Position numbers and translations under genes: made by a program. Below are positions 63,470 to 64,000 of a stretch of DNA of 64,000 nt, in pieces. The stretch is from an uncultured Acetobacteraceae bacterium (lineage in GTDB: Bacteria > Pseudomonadota > Alphaproteobacteria > Sphingomonadales > Sphingomonadaceae): assembly GCA_964658485.1 (NCBI GenBank), contig CAZZYX010000006.1, forward strand, positions 419 to 64,418, written 5' to 3'. Position 1 is the first letter of the stretch. Every line of letters starts with the position of its first letter. Under the pieces are notes generated by a model, which was not told the DNA's origin, made no database searches, and was given only the letters and a program-made list of their open reading frames with translations.

Positions 63470-63943
63470 GATGTTTTCGCGGCAGACCGGCTCGATACCC
63501 AGTTCATCGCGGTGGGCGTCGATGAACGCCATTACCATTCGCCTTGGCGGTCCAGCGCCGCCTGCGCAAATTCGGCCCGAGCGCCACTGGTCCGAGCGGA
63601 AAGGATCGAACGATCCCTTGCGCAGGATCTCGTTGTCCGAAGCTCTTTCACCTCGCGCTCCAGCACCTTCAGCCTATCCTTGTCGCTGGCGGTTTGCGCC
63701 GCTGGCCCGATCGTCGGCTCGCCTCCTCGCGGCACCAGCGGCGCAACGTCTCGGCCGTGCAGCCGATCTTCCCCGCGATGGAGGTCATCGCTGCCCATTC
63801 CGAACCATAATCAGCCCGGTGCTCACTACCATCCGAACCACACGTTCGCGGACCTCAGGCGAGAACTTGTTCGTCGCCTTGCTCATGGTGGCTCCTTCTT
63901 CTCACCGATAGGGGCCTCCAGAAAAGCCGGGACGCTTCAGTCA
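63470..63943 (-). mobile_element. IS3-family insertion sequence remnant (frameshifted orfA, orfB cut after ~20 codons)
   Basis: Minus strand reads TGACTGAAGCGTCCCGG.. (IR-like end at 63943) and AGGAGccaccATG at 63888. [20 protein letters not shown].. is followed, in other frames, by ..[31 protein letters not shown].., ..[16 protein letters not shown].., ..NEILRK.. and ..MAFIDAHRDELGIEPVCR. Homology is lost near 63.47 kb. Confidence 0.7.
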
Positions 63944-64000
63944 ATAGAACGGCAAGGCGCTTGCCTTGCGCTGTGACCGGATCGATGCGCCGTTCGTCTT

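Noticed and set aside
1-64000. CRISPR arrays, rRNA genes, retron- or defence-island-like gene sets, and large direct or inverted repeats
   Set aside because: Reading both strands, I saw no regularly spaced repeats, no rRNA-like segments and no recognisable defence-gene motifs (nucleases, helicases, reverse transcriptases, Cas proteins). A computational repeat scan would be needed to exclude short or degenerate arrays.

Overview
High-GC (~65%) chromosomal segment, probably from an alphaproteobacterium of the Sphingomonas type. That taxonomic call is an inference from the many TonB-dependent receptors, the gene content and the codon bias. All product calls come from reading motifs in the supplied translations; no database search was run. 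Many long ORFs in the track are antisense or off-frame GC artefacts, so I selected about 55 genes and re-picked several starts using RBS placement, ATGA/GTGA stop-start overlaps and expected family N-termini.

**Left part, 1-39.4 kb (ordinary accessory and housekeeping genes):**
- MFS and FUSC exporters, several SDRs, a GMC oxidoreductase, and DUF72 and metallophosphoesterase genes.
- A non-canonical arginine succinyltransferase cluster: M20 hydrolase, astA, astB, GNAT, gabD.
- An FeS-type (6-4) photolyase followed by a DUF2256 mini-ORF that the ORF track misses.
- A CFA-synthase-like methyltransferase, PiuC, an autotransporter, dps, pgl, two Nudix genes and dinB.
- An orphan CrtI-like gene translationally coupled to a LOG gene.
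- An ECF sigma / ChrR anti-sigma pair with a good autoregulatory promoter match.
- An S53 peptidase, an esterase, an aminotransferase and a DUF1134 gene.

**Right part, 39.6-63.9 kb (decayed, mosaic scavenging island):**
- tRNA-Ser(GCT) at 39.6 kb is followed by a dead integrase fused tail-to-tail to a truncated glycerophosphodiesterase gene.
- The region also holds three TonB-dependent receptors, an MFS plus FAD-oxidoreductase pair, a CHAD fragment, a HutC/GntR regulator with no canonical start codon, an orphan PhnZ-like HD oxygenase and two convergent Tat-exported phospholipase C paralogues.
- It ends in a frameshifted, truncated IS3 remnant.

**Most interesting items:**
1. A tightly coupled four-gene operon behind the third TonB receptor: sulfotransferase, Asp/Asn beta-hydroxylase-like, TPR-sulfotransferase, beta-hydroxylase-like.
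2. A 12-bp palindrome, TGGnnTATACCA, present at four intergenic positions. It looks like the operator set of the local HutC-type regulator and ties the PhnZ-like, PLC and TonB-receptor genes into one regulon.

No rRNA, CRISPR array or intact mobile element was seen.
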